Below, piece after piece: positions 12,896-26,513 of a stretch of DNA of 64,000 bases. The DNA comes from Anthoceros angustus. Lineage: Eukaryota; Plantae; Anthocerotophyta. Position 1 is the first letter of the stretch; every line of letters starts with the position of its first letter. Both the position numbers and the translations under genes were made by a program. Under the pieces are notes generated by a model. It was not told the DNA's origin. It worked only from the letters and a program-made list of their open reading frames with translations, and did no database searches. The stretch spans positions 370,581 through 434,580 of the forward strand of contig MU008158.1 in assembly GCA_010909165.1 (NCBI GenBank), written 5' to 3'.

Positions 12896-15800
12896 TGTGG
12901 GCTACGGACTTCCCTTGGGGGTTAGGAAATAAGTGGGGTTTTGTTTTTTCGTAGGTCCGAAGAATAAAATAAGGCGGAAAAGGAGGAATAAGCGCGGACG
13001 GTGCTCCGGAGTATACTCCGGACTCCGGAGTGGGTAACGGACCCCGGTACCACTACGACGAGCTACTTGACCGTGCATCGGATAAGTCCGACCCCACCCG
13101 GTCAAAACAGGATAAGTACGCCAGAAAGTAATTTAGAAGTTGAGTCGTGAAGATGACCCGAGCGGCGCCACGTGGGCAGCCACAGTGGAGGTCGGGCATG
13201 CGGCGAGCGAGGTAGCCTTGCAGGCCGTTATAGCGGTATTCACGCCCGGACCGCGGCGCGGCAGAAGGCCGCAGCAGGCGCGCAGAAGGCGTAGGCACGC
13301 TGGCGGCGCGCAGCAGTAAGCCGCGCGCACCGGCGCTACGACAGAGGGGCACCTCACTTTCCACCCGGCCGACGAGGAGGGTCATTTCTCCATGCGACTG
13401 ACACCTCACAGGCCGCCCGCCCGGCGCTATCTCTCCGAACGCCAGCATCTGCTCACGTTGGAGCACGCAGTCAAGAGGGCGATCGCGTACCCGTCTCCAC
13501 ACAAAGAAAGGAGAGGAAGGCGATGGGACCCAAGAAGGTCATGGAGGTATGGGAGCCATGGAACCCGGTAGAGCAACATTGTAACCCGCTATCCGGACTT
13601 TGGGCCGTGGCCGGAGGAGGCGGGAGGATTGGTCAAGAGTGGCACTAGACGTGTTCCAGTCAGTTCGACATTTGACAAGAGTCACCGGGTCCGGAGTTCG
13701 CTCGAAGATGTTGGCGCGCCAACAAGGAGGTTCGATCCAAGAACCTCCGGAGGATCCTGTGAGGTGGACCTTGAGGTCCCGAGGCGGCTTACAACCGCCC
13801 AATGAGGAGGTTGGGGCGAGTCCCGCAGCCCCTCAAGGCGAGGGAAAGATAGAGGCAAGGGCGGCGTCAAGTCTTAACGCAACGAACAACCAACGGTTGG
13901 TTGATGCCTGACCGCCGGATGAAGGGTGAGGCAGTCTGATCATTGTCCATCGAACTTGCTCACCAAGGTGGATCACCTTGGTGATAATTTATTGGTGTTC
14001 CCTGCCGCAGGGCAAGAGGGCCGACCGGGAAGGATCATCTTCGCCAGTTCACCAGAGGCCCACAAGTCGAGGAGCGAGAAGCCACCGCGACTATCCCCAT
14101 ACCGATCCATATGGGGACATTACGACCTCCTCAAGGAGAAGTAGAGCGGCGCCCGGAAAGGGTTGGCGGCCCTACCAGAAGGTGAAAGGCAAGGCGCCGA
14201 GGTAGAGGCCCGACCTAGGGCCAAACGGGTCCGGAGGAGGACGATCGAGGACAATGACCCATACGTCTGAACGGACCCCTCACCACCTAGGGAAGTGGAA
14301 GATATCCCCGCCTCCTCGGTGCCCCCACCGGAGCAGCAAGCAGAGACGGCCTCCCGGCCACCACCACCCACAACGTACCGAGAGCCCCGACGAACTCCGC
14401 AATCAAGAGGCGAAGACGGTGCCACCCGCCAACGCAGCACTCCTCAGGTTTGCCCCCGCCTACGGAGTGGCAAGAGGTCAAGAGGCGTGAGAAGGGCGTA
14501 AAGGACGCCAAGGAGAGGTCACCGGGCAAAGAACCCCACTGAGCCCCTGCTGCCGACCGGGAGAGGCAAGGCCGCCTCGACCCCCTCACCCTCCGAGCCC
14601 TGTGACTAAGAGGGCGAATAAGGAATTGGCGGCCAAGAGGGCCAAGGAGGGTGAAGCCCTGACCCCATCAGACCTAAGGGACCCGATTAGGTCCGAGAAC
14701 CCAGCCCCGACTCGCCCGATCATGTATGGAGGTCCTTGGCGGACCGTGAGATGCCCGCCTCCCACAACGGACTTTGGGGTCTCACTCTACTGTGGAAGAG
14801 ACACGGCGGTCCTGCTACACATGGACTCAGAGGCCTGGGGTCTCATGATCCGAGAAGACCTGTGAAGTGGAAGCCACAAGGAGGCGATGGTGCCTCCTGT
14901 GAGCAATTGGAGGCGCCCAGAGGCGAGGAGGAAGGCGAAGCTCGCCGCATCAAGAAGGGAAACGCCGGAGGCCGAAGAGAAGTCCGTCCATTCGACAGAC
15001 CGACTAAATTCTTCACCGGTGAGCACAAGCAGTGAGGCCCAAGCGCGGGTCAAGACCTCGCAGCGGAGAGGGGTAGCGCAGAGGCGAGGAGGCCCGAGAA
15101 GGCAGAAGGCTCGCGACTGGCCGAGGCGGCTACCGACCAAAGACTAAGCCGGGCGGGCCCGTGAAGGCGGCGAGGAGGCGGCCGCTAAGATCGACCGCGA
15201 TCACTATCGGCGTGATCGAAACCGGTGGAGGGAGACGGCAGGATAGCGGCTAACTCAAGACGGAGGAGGAGGAGGCGAGGAAGGCGGTGCCACCCATGCC
15301 GAGGAGAAGGAAGCCCGCGACAAGGAGATGGAGGATCTCCACGCGAGGTGGAGCAACAAAGGGCGGAGATGGAAGACCGAAGAGACTCGAGCCGCAGCCC
15401 AAGTTACCATTGAGCTGAATGATCATAGGCGGATCACGATCACGAACGAGATAGAGCGGCTCCACTGCTTTTGAGGAGGTAAGGCGATGGAACATGGTAG
15501 AGCGCAACATTGTAACCCGCGCTATCCGGACTTTGGGCCGTGGAAGAGGCAGTCCACAGCTTCAGTCATGGACGTATGCTCTGAGGTCTGCGGCGGAAGA
15601 CCCGAAGTGGAAGCCACAAGGAGGCGCATGGTGCTCTCCTCGAGGCAATTGGAGGCGGCCGGAGGCGAGGAGGAAGGCGAAGCTCGCCGCATCAAGAAGG
15701 GAAACGCCGGAGGCCGAAGAAGTCTGGTCCATTCGGCGGGCCGGACTAAATTCATTTCAGTGGCGGTGAAGCGAGCCTGAGGAGGCCGGTGAGACCTCTG

Positions 15801-18800
15801 CAGACGGAGGAGGCGAGGAGGCCCGGCGCAGCAGAAGGCTCGCGACTGGCCGAGGCGGCCGGTGGACCGGCCTGGTGGCGAAGCCAGTGAAAGCGGCGAG
15901 GAGGCTCTAAGGCGCGATCACTATCGGCGTGATCAGCCGGTGGAGGAGGCGGAGGATTGGTCAAGAGTGGCACTTAGACGTGTTCCAGTCAGTTCGACAT
16001 TTGACTGTCACCGTCCGGAGTTCGGGAAGATGCAAGGCACCAACAAGGAGGTTCGATCCAAGAACCTCGGAGGATCCTGTGAGGTGGACCTTGAGGTCCC
16101 GAGGCGGCTTACAACCGCCCAATGAGGAGGTTGGGGCGAGTCCAGCCCCTCAAGGCGAGAGGAAAGATAGAGGCGCGGCGGGCGGCGATGTCGCGAACGC
16201 AACGAACCACCAACGGTTGGTTGATCAATTACCGGATGTAGGGTGAGGCAGCGCCATCATTGTCCATCGAACTTGCTCACCAAGGTGGATCACCTTGGTG
16301 ATAATTTATTGGTGTTCCCGCACCGCAATGGGGCAAGAGGGTCGACCGGGAAGGATCATCTTCGCCAGTTCCAGAGGCCCACAAGTCGAGGAGCGAGAAG
16401 CCACCCGGACTATCCCCATACCCGATCCATGTATGGGGACATTACGACCTCCTCAAGGATGGGGAGGTAGAGCGGCGCCCGGAAAGGGTTGGCGGCCCTA
16501 CTAGAGCTGCAAAGGCGCCGAGGTAGAGGCCCGACCTAGGGCCAAACGGTCCGGAGGAGGACGAGGGACCTGACTCCACACCCGAACGGACCCCTCACCA
16601 CCTAGGGAAGTGTGGAAGATATCCCCGCTTCCTCCTCTGTGCCCCCACGAGCAAGGCAGCAGGAGACCCGACACAAATGTACCCACCACCCACAACGGAA
16701 AGAGGAGCCCCGACGAACTCGCCGGCAATCAAGAGGCGGAAGGCGGTGCCACCGCCAACGCAGCACTGACGGCTCAGGTTCTCGCCCCCACGGAGTGGCA
16801 AGAGGTCAAGAGGCGTGAGAAGGCGAAAGGGACGCCAAGGAGCAGGTCACCGCAAGAACCCCACTGAGCCCCTGCTGCCGACCGGGAGAGGGGGCCGCCT
16901 GACCCCTCACCCTCCGAGCCCTGTGACTAAGAGGGCGAATAAGGAATTGGCGGCCAAGAGGGCCAAGGAGGGTGAAGCCCCTGACTCAATCAGACCTAAG
17001 GGACCCGATTAGGTCCGAGAACCTCCCCGACTCCCCGATCAAGGGTGGGAGGTCCTTGGCGGACCGTGAGATGCCCGCCCACAACGGACTTTGGGGGCCT
17101 CACCAATGGCGGCCGTGGAAGAGACACGGTCCTGCTACCATGGATTTGTGATGCTCGGGGTCTCATGACAGCCCGAGAAGACCTGTGAAGTGGAAGCCAA
17201 GGAGGCGATGGTGCCCTCCGTGAGCAATTGGAGGCGCCCAGAGGCGAGGAGGAAGGCGGAAGCCTCATCGATCAAGAAGGGAAACGCCGGAGGCCGAAGG
17301 GAAGTCCGTCCATTCGACAGACGACTAAATTCCTTCACCGGGTGAGCAAAGGTGCAGTGAGGCCCACAAGTCGAGGAGCGAGAAGCCACCTACTATCCCC
17401 ATACCCGATCCATATATGGGGACATTACGACCTCCTCAAGGATGGGGAAGTAGGCGGGCGCTCGGAAAGGGTTGGCGGCCCTACTAAGAGAGAGGCAAGG
17501 CGCCGAGGTAGAGGCCCGACCCCTAGGGCCAAACGGTCCGGAGGAGGACGAGGGAGGACGACTATACGTCCGAACGGACCCCTCACCACCTAGGGAAGTG
17601 TGGAAGATATCCCCGCTTCCTCCTCTGTGCCCCCACCCTGAGCACAAGGCAAGCAGAGACGGCCCGGCCACCCACCACCCACAACGGCAAGAGGAGCCCC
17701 GACGAACTCCGGCACCAAGAGGCTAAGACTATACACTGGCCAACGCAAAGACCCTGACGGCTCGTGTCTGCCCGCACGGAGTGGCAAGAGGTCAAGAGGC
17801 GTGAGAAGGGCAGAAAGGGACGCCAAGGAGAGGTCACCGCAGCAACCCCACCCGGAGCCCTGGCCGACCGGGAGAGGCAAGGGGTCACCCTCACCCTCCG
17901 AGCCCTGTGACTAAGAGGCGAATAAGGAATTGCCAAGAGGGCCAAGGAGGTGAGGCCTGACCTGCAATCAGACCTAAGGGACCTAATTAGGTCCGAGAAC
18001 CCCCCGACTGCCCGACTCAGTATGGAGGTCCTTGGCGGACCGTGAGATGCCCGCCCACACTACGGACTTTTGGGGGCCTCACCAATGGCACCGTGGAAGA
18101 GACACGGTCTGCCACCACACTCATGGATATGCCTCGGGGTCTCTGGGACCCGAGAAGACCTGTGAAGTGGAAGCCACAAGGAGGCGCATGGTGCTCCTCG
18201 AGAGCAATTGGAGGCGCCCAGAGGCGAGGAGGAAGGCGGAAGCTCGCCGCATCAAGAAGGGAAACGCCGGAGGCCGAAGAGAAGTCCGGGTCCATTCGAC
18301 AGACCGACTAAATTCCTTCACCGGGTCACCAAGTGCACAGAGGCCCAAGCGCGGGTCAAGACCTCTGCAGACGGAGGAGGCGATGGAACAAGGAGGCGAG
18401 GAGGCCCGAGCGCAAGGCAGAAGGCTCGCGACTGGCCGAGGCGGCCCTACCGACCAAGACCAAGTCAAGGCCCAGTGAAGGCGGCGAGGAGGCGAAGTGC
18501 TAAGATCGACCGCGATCACTATCGGCGTGATCGAACCGGTGGAGGGAGACAGGGATAGCCGCTAACTCAAGACGGAGGAGGCGGCGGAGCGCCATGCCGA
18601 GGAGAAGGAAGCCCGCGACAAGGAGATGGAGGATCTCCACTCCGCGGCGCGAGGTGGAGCAACGGCGGGAGATGGAAGACCGCAAGGAGACTCGAGCTCA
18701 TCTCCAAGTTACCATTGAGCGGAATGGTAATCAGGCGTGATCACGGATCACGAACGAGATAGAGCGGCCCGCCTGCTGGCGGAGGAGGTAAGGCGATGGA

Positions 18801-20323
18801 ACAAGGAGCGTGACGTCGCCGAAATGGAGAAGGACTCGGAAGCACGCACGGGCAGAGTTGCCCGACCGTCTGGAGAGGGAGATGGCGAGCTAAAGGTGGG
18901 ATGAACGGGAGCGAGAGCACCGGACGCAAAAGAAGCCGGGTCCAGCTTAAGGAAGGCGGAAGGAGCGTATGGTGGCAAAGCAGAGCGAAACGACGGAGAG
19001 CAAAGTGAGCAACAAGCGGGTTGCAGGTGACCGAGGCGCCCTTGTGGCCTCGAGATTCGCCCGGCCCACCGACAACCCGGCAGGGGAGATGGTCCAAAGA
19101 AGTGGACAAGACGCCTCCCGAGCACCAATGGCGAAAGGAGTATCGGTGCTCCGCACATGTGGAAGAGGCAATCCAAAGAAATTGACTCGGATTTTGCCTA
19201 CTACCACGCCGAGCTCCTTAAGGCATTGAAGCCTCTACAAATGAGGACCCCGGAAGGCTCAAGGGATGAAGGACATGGGGACAAGACGGGACCCTAGTGG
19301 CCCCTGCTTGGAGACGACGGGGAGAAGAGCCTGGAGGAGTGGACGCGGCCAATACAACGGACCTCGGTAAGTCCACCGCAACCCCGCCCGGGAGGATAGA
19401 GGTGGGGGCCCCAAAGGGGCGCTGAAGGAGAACCAACCCACCCAAGACAAGGGCCTGGTGGGTAGGGATGAGGGCAAAAGAAGAGGTCCGAGACAAGGGT
19501 CCGAGCTTGGGGACCGGACTCGAATAAGCGGACCGAGGTCCGAGATGAGACCGACCCAGACGACTGGAAACAAGGCGACTCAAGTTCGACCGGAGTAGAC
19601 CGACCCGAGGTCCGGACTCAGAAGCAAGGAGGAGTCCCTCCGACTTACTACGGGGAGCAGCCGACATTGGCCCCATCGGAGGGGACCCACTCGGGGCTGG
19701 GGAAAAGACGCCGGTAGCAGGCCGACCGCCTCAAGTTATCTTCTCTTGGTGTTGATGCCGCTTTCTTGCGCACCTCGTGTGTCTTCATGCTAACGTGAGT
19801 CCCGAGTCATCGAAAGGTGCACGATGCACCGAAGAGATCAAGGTCCCGGTGACGGACCTAACGGTGGTGTGGTGTGTGAGGAGCGACGGGGACCCGTGTT
19901 CGCCCAGAGCGGCCAGACGGGCTGGACCGGAACGTGAGCCGGAGGAACTCGGAGGCGTGCAGAGCCTGGACGAGAGGCCCGAGCAACGGAGGAGGTCCGG
20001 ATCAGTGCCACTTCATGCTTCTTTTCCAAGGTTGATGAGCGAGGAGAGTGATGAGAGGAACGGACTAAAGGAACGAGTGACGACGGAACGAAGCACGGAC
20101 GCAAACGGGTCCTTAAACGCTTGGCCACACACGAACTGTTCGCCGGTGAAGCGTTATGAGTAGTTAGACGCAAAGCAGCGATTGCGTGTGTTAAAGTTGA
20201 GCCGCAAAAGTAAGGTGAGAATCGGTTGAAACGCCGGCAAGCGGGCTTATCGTTCTCTCGAACGGACTCCTTACTACGACACGAGATTGTATGCTACCCG
20301 CGGCTACCGAAAGTCGCGCCACA
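12896..20323 (+). mobile_element. TGTGG...CCACA solo-LTR-like unit, internally duplicated, with a perfect 5-bp TSD CCTCC
   Basis: cctcc|TGTGG at 12891-12900 and CCACA|cctcc at 20319-20328. Removing the unit rejoins the CRE-like coding sequence (LAKEGG-FFPYRERP). It contains repeated decayed ORF blocks (KVDHLGDNLLVF..GRIIFA; KEIDSDFAYYHAELLKA). Confidence 0.75.
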
Positions 20324-23300
20324 CCTCCTCCTTGGCCAACAAAACATGAACAAAGATCATGTGTAGCAATGCGCTGCCCGCCCACTCAGACAACAGCAAG
20401 GTGGTACGTTGAGTCGCTGAGGAAGGAATGCAAGTCCGAGGAGAGCAGCCAAAGGTCTGGACCAAGCCAGTGAAACCTCATCACGATAGAAAAGAGGTGG
20501 TGCAAGCCTCGGATGCAAGGTCACGAAGCAAGAACCCGCTCCTTACGAGCAAAAGGCGACAGCACGAGCCGCCTGAGGATGGACGAGTCCAAGAAGGACC
20601 ATCTCACGTGCGTCTGAGTATTGCTTCTCGTGAGGGACTCTCAAGGCCGTGGAATTGGCTTGGGTGAGTGAAGCAAAGAAGGTACGCCGCCTAGCATCTA
20701 TGGGTAGGGAACCTCTAGCCAAACGGAGGGCCACCGCAGAAGGAAAACCGCCTTCCTCCACTCCGCGATGAAGGACTCCACAATGCGAGAATCCTATTAA
20801 TCTAAGCAAGAGACCAGATGGAATATGGTAATATCTGAAGGGGCTGAATATAAAAGCCGCTTCGGAAACCTCGGACGGCACGAACGCGCAGAGTTGCCCG
20901 ACCGTCTGAGAGGGAGATGGCGGAGCTAGATGAACGGGAGCGAGAGCACCGGACGCAAAAGAAGAAGCCGGGTCCAGCTTAAGGAAGGCGGGGGAAGCGC
21001 ATGGCGTAATGCGGAGAAAAGAGCGGAGCGTGAGCAACAACAGGCGAGGTGACCGAGGCGCCCTTATCTGGCGAGATTCGCCCGGCTCCAGGTCGAACTG
21101 GCGGGGAGATGGTCCAAGAAGCCGGACAAGACGCCTCGAGCACCAATGGCGAAAGGAGTATCGGTGCTCCGCACATGGAAGAGGCAATCCAAAGAAATTG
21201 ACTCGGATTTTGCCTACTACCACGCTGAGCTCCTTAAGGCATTGGAAGCCTCTCAGCGCCCGCTACAAACGGACGGACCCCCGGAAGGCTCAGAAGGGGA
21301 TGAAGGACATGGGGACAGCACGGGGACCCTAGTGGCCCTGTTTGGAGACGACGGCAGCGGGGGAGAAGAGCCTCAGGAGGAGCAGGACGCGGCCAATACA
21401 ACGGACCTCAGGGTAAGTCCACCGCAACCTGCCCGGGAGGATAGAGATGGGGGCCTGAAAGGCGCTGAAGGAGAACCAACCCACCCAAGACAAGGGGCTG
21501 GGTGGGAGGAGGAGGGCCCAAGAAGAGGTCCATATAAGGGTCGGAGCTTGGGGACCGACTCAGAATAAGTTCGGACCTCGAGGTCCGAACCCCGAGATGA
21601 GACCGACCGCATCGACTCAAAGCAGCGACTCCCGTTCAGACTTCGAGACCGGACCTCGAGGTCCGGACTGGAAGCAGGAGGAGGTCCCCTCCGACTTACT
21701 GGGGGAGCGATCGGTGGCCCCTCACAGGAGGGACCCACCGGGGTGAAGACGCCAGTGAACCGGCATGCCGACCGCCATTATCTTCTCTTGGTGTTGATGC
21801 GCTTTGCAGCACCTCGTGTGTCTTCATGCTAACGTGAGTCCCGAGTCATCGAAAGGTGCACGACCCAAGAGATCGATCAAGGTCCCGGTGACGGACCTAA
21901 CGTGTGGTGGTGTGTGAGAGCGATCGGGGACCCGTGTTCGCCTGCAGCAGCGCCCAGATCGAGCCGGACGAACGTGAGCCGGAGGAACTCCGGAGGGTGT
22001 GCAGAGCCTTGACGAGAGGCCCGTTGAGCAACGGAGGAGGTCCGATGTAGCCACTTGCGTTCTTTTCCAAGGTTGATGAGCCGAGGAGAGTGATGAGAGG
22101 AACGGACTAAAGGAACGAGTGACGCGGAACGGCACGGACGCAAACGGGTCCTTAAACGCTTGGCCACACCGGGCTCGTGAACGCGTTATGAGTAGTTAGA
22201 CGCAAACGACGGCGTTAAAGTTGAGCTGACGCAGTAAGGTGAGAATTGAAACGCTGCAAACGGAGCTTATCATTCTCCTGAACGGACTCCTTACTACAAC
22301 GACACGGATTAGGCACGGCTCATCAAAAGTCGTGCCACACCTCCTCCTTGGCCAACAACAAAACATGACTTCGACCAAAGATCATGTGTAGCAATCGTTG
22401 CCATACGGAGACCAGCAAGGTGGTACCGAGTCGTTGAGGAGCGCCCCATACCGCAATGAGAGAGCAGCCAAAGGTTTGGACCAAGCCAGTGAAACCTCAT
22501 CACGATAGAAAAGAGGTGGTGCAATTCGAAAAGCTGGATGCAAGGTCACAGAAGCAAGAACCCCGCCTCCCTTACGAGCAAGGCGGAGGCAGCACGAGCC
22601 GCCAGGGATGGACGAGTCCCAAGAAGGACCATCTACGCGTGCCGATATTGCTTCTCCAGGAGGGACTCTCGAAGGCCGTGGAATTCGGCTTGGGTGAGTG
22701 AAGCAAAAGAAGGTAATGCTGCCCTAGCATCTATGGGTAGGGAACCTCTAGCCAAACGGAGGGCCACCTGCAAGGGAAAACCGCCTTCCTCCACTCCGCG
22801 AAGGACTACAATGCGAGAATCCTATTAACGAAGCAAGAGACCCACTGGGTCCCGGCGGACCTAACGGTGGTGTGGTGGTGTGTGAGAGCGATCGGGGACC
22901 CGTGTTCGCCCAGAGCGCCGCCTCAGCCGGGCCGGAGCAGTGAGCGGAGGAACTCGGGGCGGCAGAGTCTGACGAGAGGCCCGGTGAGCAGGAGGAGGTC
23001 CTGACCGTAGCCTTCATGCTCTTTCCAAGGTTGATGAGCGAGGAGAGTGATGAGAGGAACGGACTAAAGGAACGAGTGACGACGGAACGATGGCGGACGC
23101 AAACGGGTCCTTAAACGCTTGGCCACACCGCTGTTCGTGAACGCGTTATGAGTAGTTAGACGCAAAGCAGCGATTGCGTGTGTTAAAGTTGAGCTGACGC
23201 AGTAAGGTGAGAATCGGTTGAAACGCTGCAAACGGAGCTTATCATTCTCTGGAACCGGACTCCTTACTACAACGACGGGATTATGCGCGCCTACCGGCAC

Positions 23301-23960
23301 ACACAAAGTCGTGCCACACCTCCCTCCTTGGCCAACAAAAACATGACTTCGCGAACAGCATCATGTGTAGCAATGCGTTGCCCGCCCACGGGACAGCGAG
23401 CAAGGTGGTACCCGAGTCGTTGAGGAGCGCCCCATAGCTGCAAGTCTGGAGAGAGCAGGCCAAAGGCTGGACCAAGCCCAGGTGAAACCTCATCACGATA
23501 GAAAAAGAGGCTGGTGCAATTCGAAAAGCCTGGATGCAAGGCCGCGCAAGCCAAGAACCTGCTCCCTTACCTGAGCAAGAGCGGAGACAGGCACGAGCCG
23601 CCCTGGGGATGGACGAGTCCCGAAGAAGGACCATCTACGCGTGCCGATATTGCTTCTCCAGGAGGGACTCTTGAAGGCCGTGGAATTCGGCTTGGGTGAG
23701 TGAAGCAAAAGAAGGTAATGCTGCCCTAGCATCTATGGGTAGGGAACCTCTAGCCAAACGGAGGGCCACCTGCAAGGGAAAACCGCCTTCCTCCACTCCC
23801 GCGATGAAGGACTCCACAATGCGAGAATCCCTATTAACGAAGCAAGAGACCAGGATGGAATATGGTAATATCTGAAGGGGCTGAATATAAAAGCCGCTTC
23901 CAGAAACCTCGGACCACTTTTCTATGTCCTCCACGGTCACAATAGTGCCTTTTTTCATTC
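20324..23960 (-). mobile_element. Upstream part of the CRE-like retrotransposon (CCHC knuckle region), present in three rearranged copies interleaved with repeats of the right end of the LTR-like unit
   Basis: RARLRSCSGKGAGSWL..IAPASFSIVMRFHLGL and GYHLARCPVGGQRIATHDAVREVMFLLAKEGG. The junction gccacacctcc recurs at about 20320, 22335 and 23312. Confidence 0.7.
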
Positions 23961-24159
23961 TTCAGGTTTTTGGCCGCTGGTTGCTGAATGGCACACAATA
24001 TGGTTTTGTCCAATTTCATCGTATATAATATGCTGGATACGGTCATGAGGAAGCCTGCGGCGGTGCATGCAACGAATCTATGCAAACTATGAACACGGCA
24101 ATGGCACAGATAAAATGGACAAAAGTATTCAAATCCCAAACACAAAATATGTATGTAGT

Positions 24160-24552
24160 CAAACGACGCCGGCATGCTGGTGCTTTTGCACTATAACGAA
24201 TACCTCAAATCCATGGCTTGAATAAATCAACTTTGACCTAATCGCCCAATTAATCCATGCACGTTTGGGACTCGGTGGCACGCGAACCACGCTATCGAAG
24301 ACTACTTCCGTACTCTTAAGTCTTGCCTCCTCCTCATCTTCGAAGTTGTCATTCTCCCTCATGGCATTCTCTGCATCCAAAAGGCCACCATCATTTCCTT
24401 TTCCGTTGTACTCAGGCTACCATAAGGTGGGCAAGGTTTGTTGGCCATCGTTCAGAATATCTCCCGTAATCTCTTTCATCCTGTTCAACCCCAAAGGAAC
24501 CATCTGAGCCTGGGAGACATCCTTCTCAGACAAGCTCAATTCCTTAGCCCAT
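24160..24552 (-). pseudogene. C-terminal remnant of the beta-class DNA methyltransferase-family gene (copy 3)
   Basis: WAKELSLSEKDVSQAQMVPLG...DILNDGQQTLPTLW and MRENDNFEDEEEARLKSTEVVFDSV align with the C-termini of the copies at 45655-46329 and 52900-53442. Confidence 0.75.
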
Positions 24553-25200
24553 GTAAAAATGGTAGAACTTTTCAACGTTGCAAAACGGGTCCTCCTCCAC
24601 AATTGGACCAATTCTCATATAAGAAACATGCACAAGAATTGTAACTTGATCATTGTGCCAATGCATGCTTTGGATCTCATTCTGCACTTGGAAGGTGTAG
24701 TTTTGGGAGAAAACAATCACTGAGACGATGACATCCTCTGGAAACCATTCTAAACATTTGCGGAACTCCAAAGCTTGCCATCTCTGAACAAAATCATGGG
24801 TGATGAAGTGTTTCAACTTGCCTTTAAGGAACCCTACCATTTCAGACGAGTGAGTTTCCCTGTATACAAGCTTGATTTGGGACTTGGAAGTGTCATCTTC
24901 ATTCTGCCCGACGTTTAGGTATTGAAAACAATGCCACTTCAGTGTAGCAGATGGCAACAAGTCTACCATGACCTCTTGAGGACAGAACCCTACACTATAA
25001 CAATGAAGCCCGATTTATTACATGGCTGGAATGACGTTGCCCATTGGCGTAATGTCCGTGTAATACTTGACATGCCACGTCACGATATCTTCGTGGTACG
25101 AACCAGGCGATCATTTATTACGTCAAAACCGCTATGCGGGTTTCTTCAAGTGAAGGCAAACACCGGGATGACCTGCACGGCGACACGATGGCGGTAAATG
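24551..25200 (-). mobile_element. Truncated transposase-like gene of the DF[AS]xNY...QxEIQSxHW family (unclassified eukaryotic DDE-type)
   Basis: KLKHFITHDFVQRWQALEFRKCLEWFPEDVIVSVIVFSQNYTFQVQNEIQSMHWHNDQVTILVHVSY...YHFY matches, from recall, a widespread eukaryotic transposase-like motif. The superfamily is not assigned. Confidence 0.65.
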
Positions 25201-25838
25201 TCTGGCGTCCATGCCGTGCCTGCTGTCGTCACGTCATCAGGCTGGATGTCGAAAATGTCATCCAGCTGCTCCTGGCATTCACACGTTCCGGCCAATCCAA
25301 GACGATATGCCTGAATATTTTGTGGACGATGTGCACTGACCGCCATGTGTGGGAGTCCGGTCTACGGGCCCGGCCGAAAATGTACCATCTACGCTCGGTT
25401 TTAGACGGCCATGCTCTCGACATAGATCACATCGGCCCCAAAACAGCAAAGCAAGCGGCGGGAGGGCCTTGCAACCACTGCGGCCACCGCTGACTGACAC
25501 ACAAGACGGGGTGGAGCCCATGTTCTGGCGAGGTGGATGAAAACTGAGCCCACGATCTTTCAAATGCAAAACAAAGGGCGATTCCACACCCGAAACACCG
25601 GCCACATATCAACACATTCCAATGCCCTACTTTACTCACAACCCGCTTAGACCCTGTGCACGGAGCGAAACCAGTCGCTCTTTTAGAAGCCATCTACCCC
25701 ATCAGAAAGTCCGAAGCGGAGTTCCCACGACGAACTTCGACCTCCAAGGGCGAGTCCGGTGTTCACAGTGCGAAGAAAAAGGCATACACTTCCCGGACAC
25801 CAAAACATAGCCGATTCCACGAGTGTAAGCTCGCACAA

Positions 25839-26513
25839 TTAAATCGCACCCCTCAAGGACATGATATAGAGATGTCGTTGACGGAAATCGATTATGCGCC
25901 ACAAAGGGTTCATATACATTGTAGATGAAAGGCACCTTCGATGATGCCCAGCCCGATTGCGATCAAGCGGCGTCTTCAAAATTGCCATCTTCCCTTCCCT
26001 TGCAAGCTCCGGCCAGAGCCACGCAAAGCCTTCGAGGCGAGACATAACGAGTCGCTCTTTACGCCACATAGGGCCTTGCGACACAGGCATGTCCATGCCC
26101 TCGTCCGTCCACTTCACCCCACCTAGCTCGGACTCTATTGCATCCCGCAGTTGATGGTTCTCCAAGCAGTGGGGTGGGACTTTCAGCTCCTCCCAAAAAT
26201 TGCTGCATTTTCAAACACCGGGATATCAAATCGGCCACAACAGCGTGAATTGAAGAGCATGCGGCGGTCGACGTACCAATCTCGGCACGGTGCTGATTGT
26301 GACAAGGCCTTCCCTGCGCATCACCTCTATCACATCGCTCATTTCACCCGGCTCTTTCGCGCTCCACCCAATCATCACCCAACCTAGGATGGCGGCCAAC
26401 AAACCACGGTCATGAGGTCCCACTTCTCCTTCCCAGGCGCCCATGGTCAGCATCAACATTGCATAATCGCTGTCTGAGTACTTTGGAGTGCGGACAATAT
26501 TCTGTGCCTCCAA
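25839..26513 (-). pseudogene. Decayed coding-like frame of unknown function
   Basis: Two ORF-track segments (26226-26513 and 25839-26165) lie in one frame, separated by two TGA codons, giving about 225 codons. Confidence 0.35.

Noticed and set aside
13100-23900. Dozens of short ORFs in the GC-rich repeat units as separate genes
   Set aside because: They are frameshifted fragments or antisense shadows of the same repeated element.
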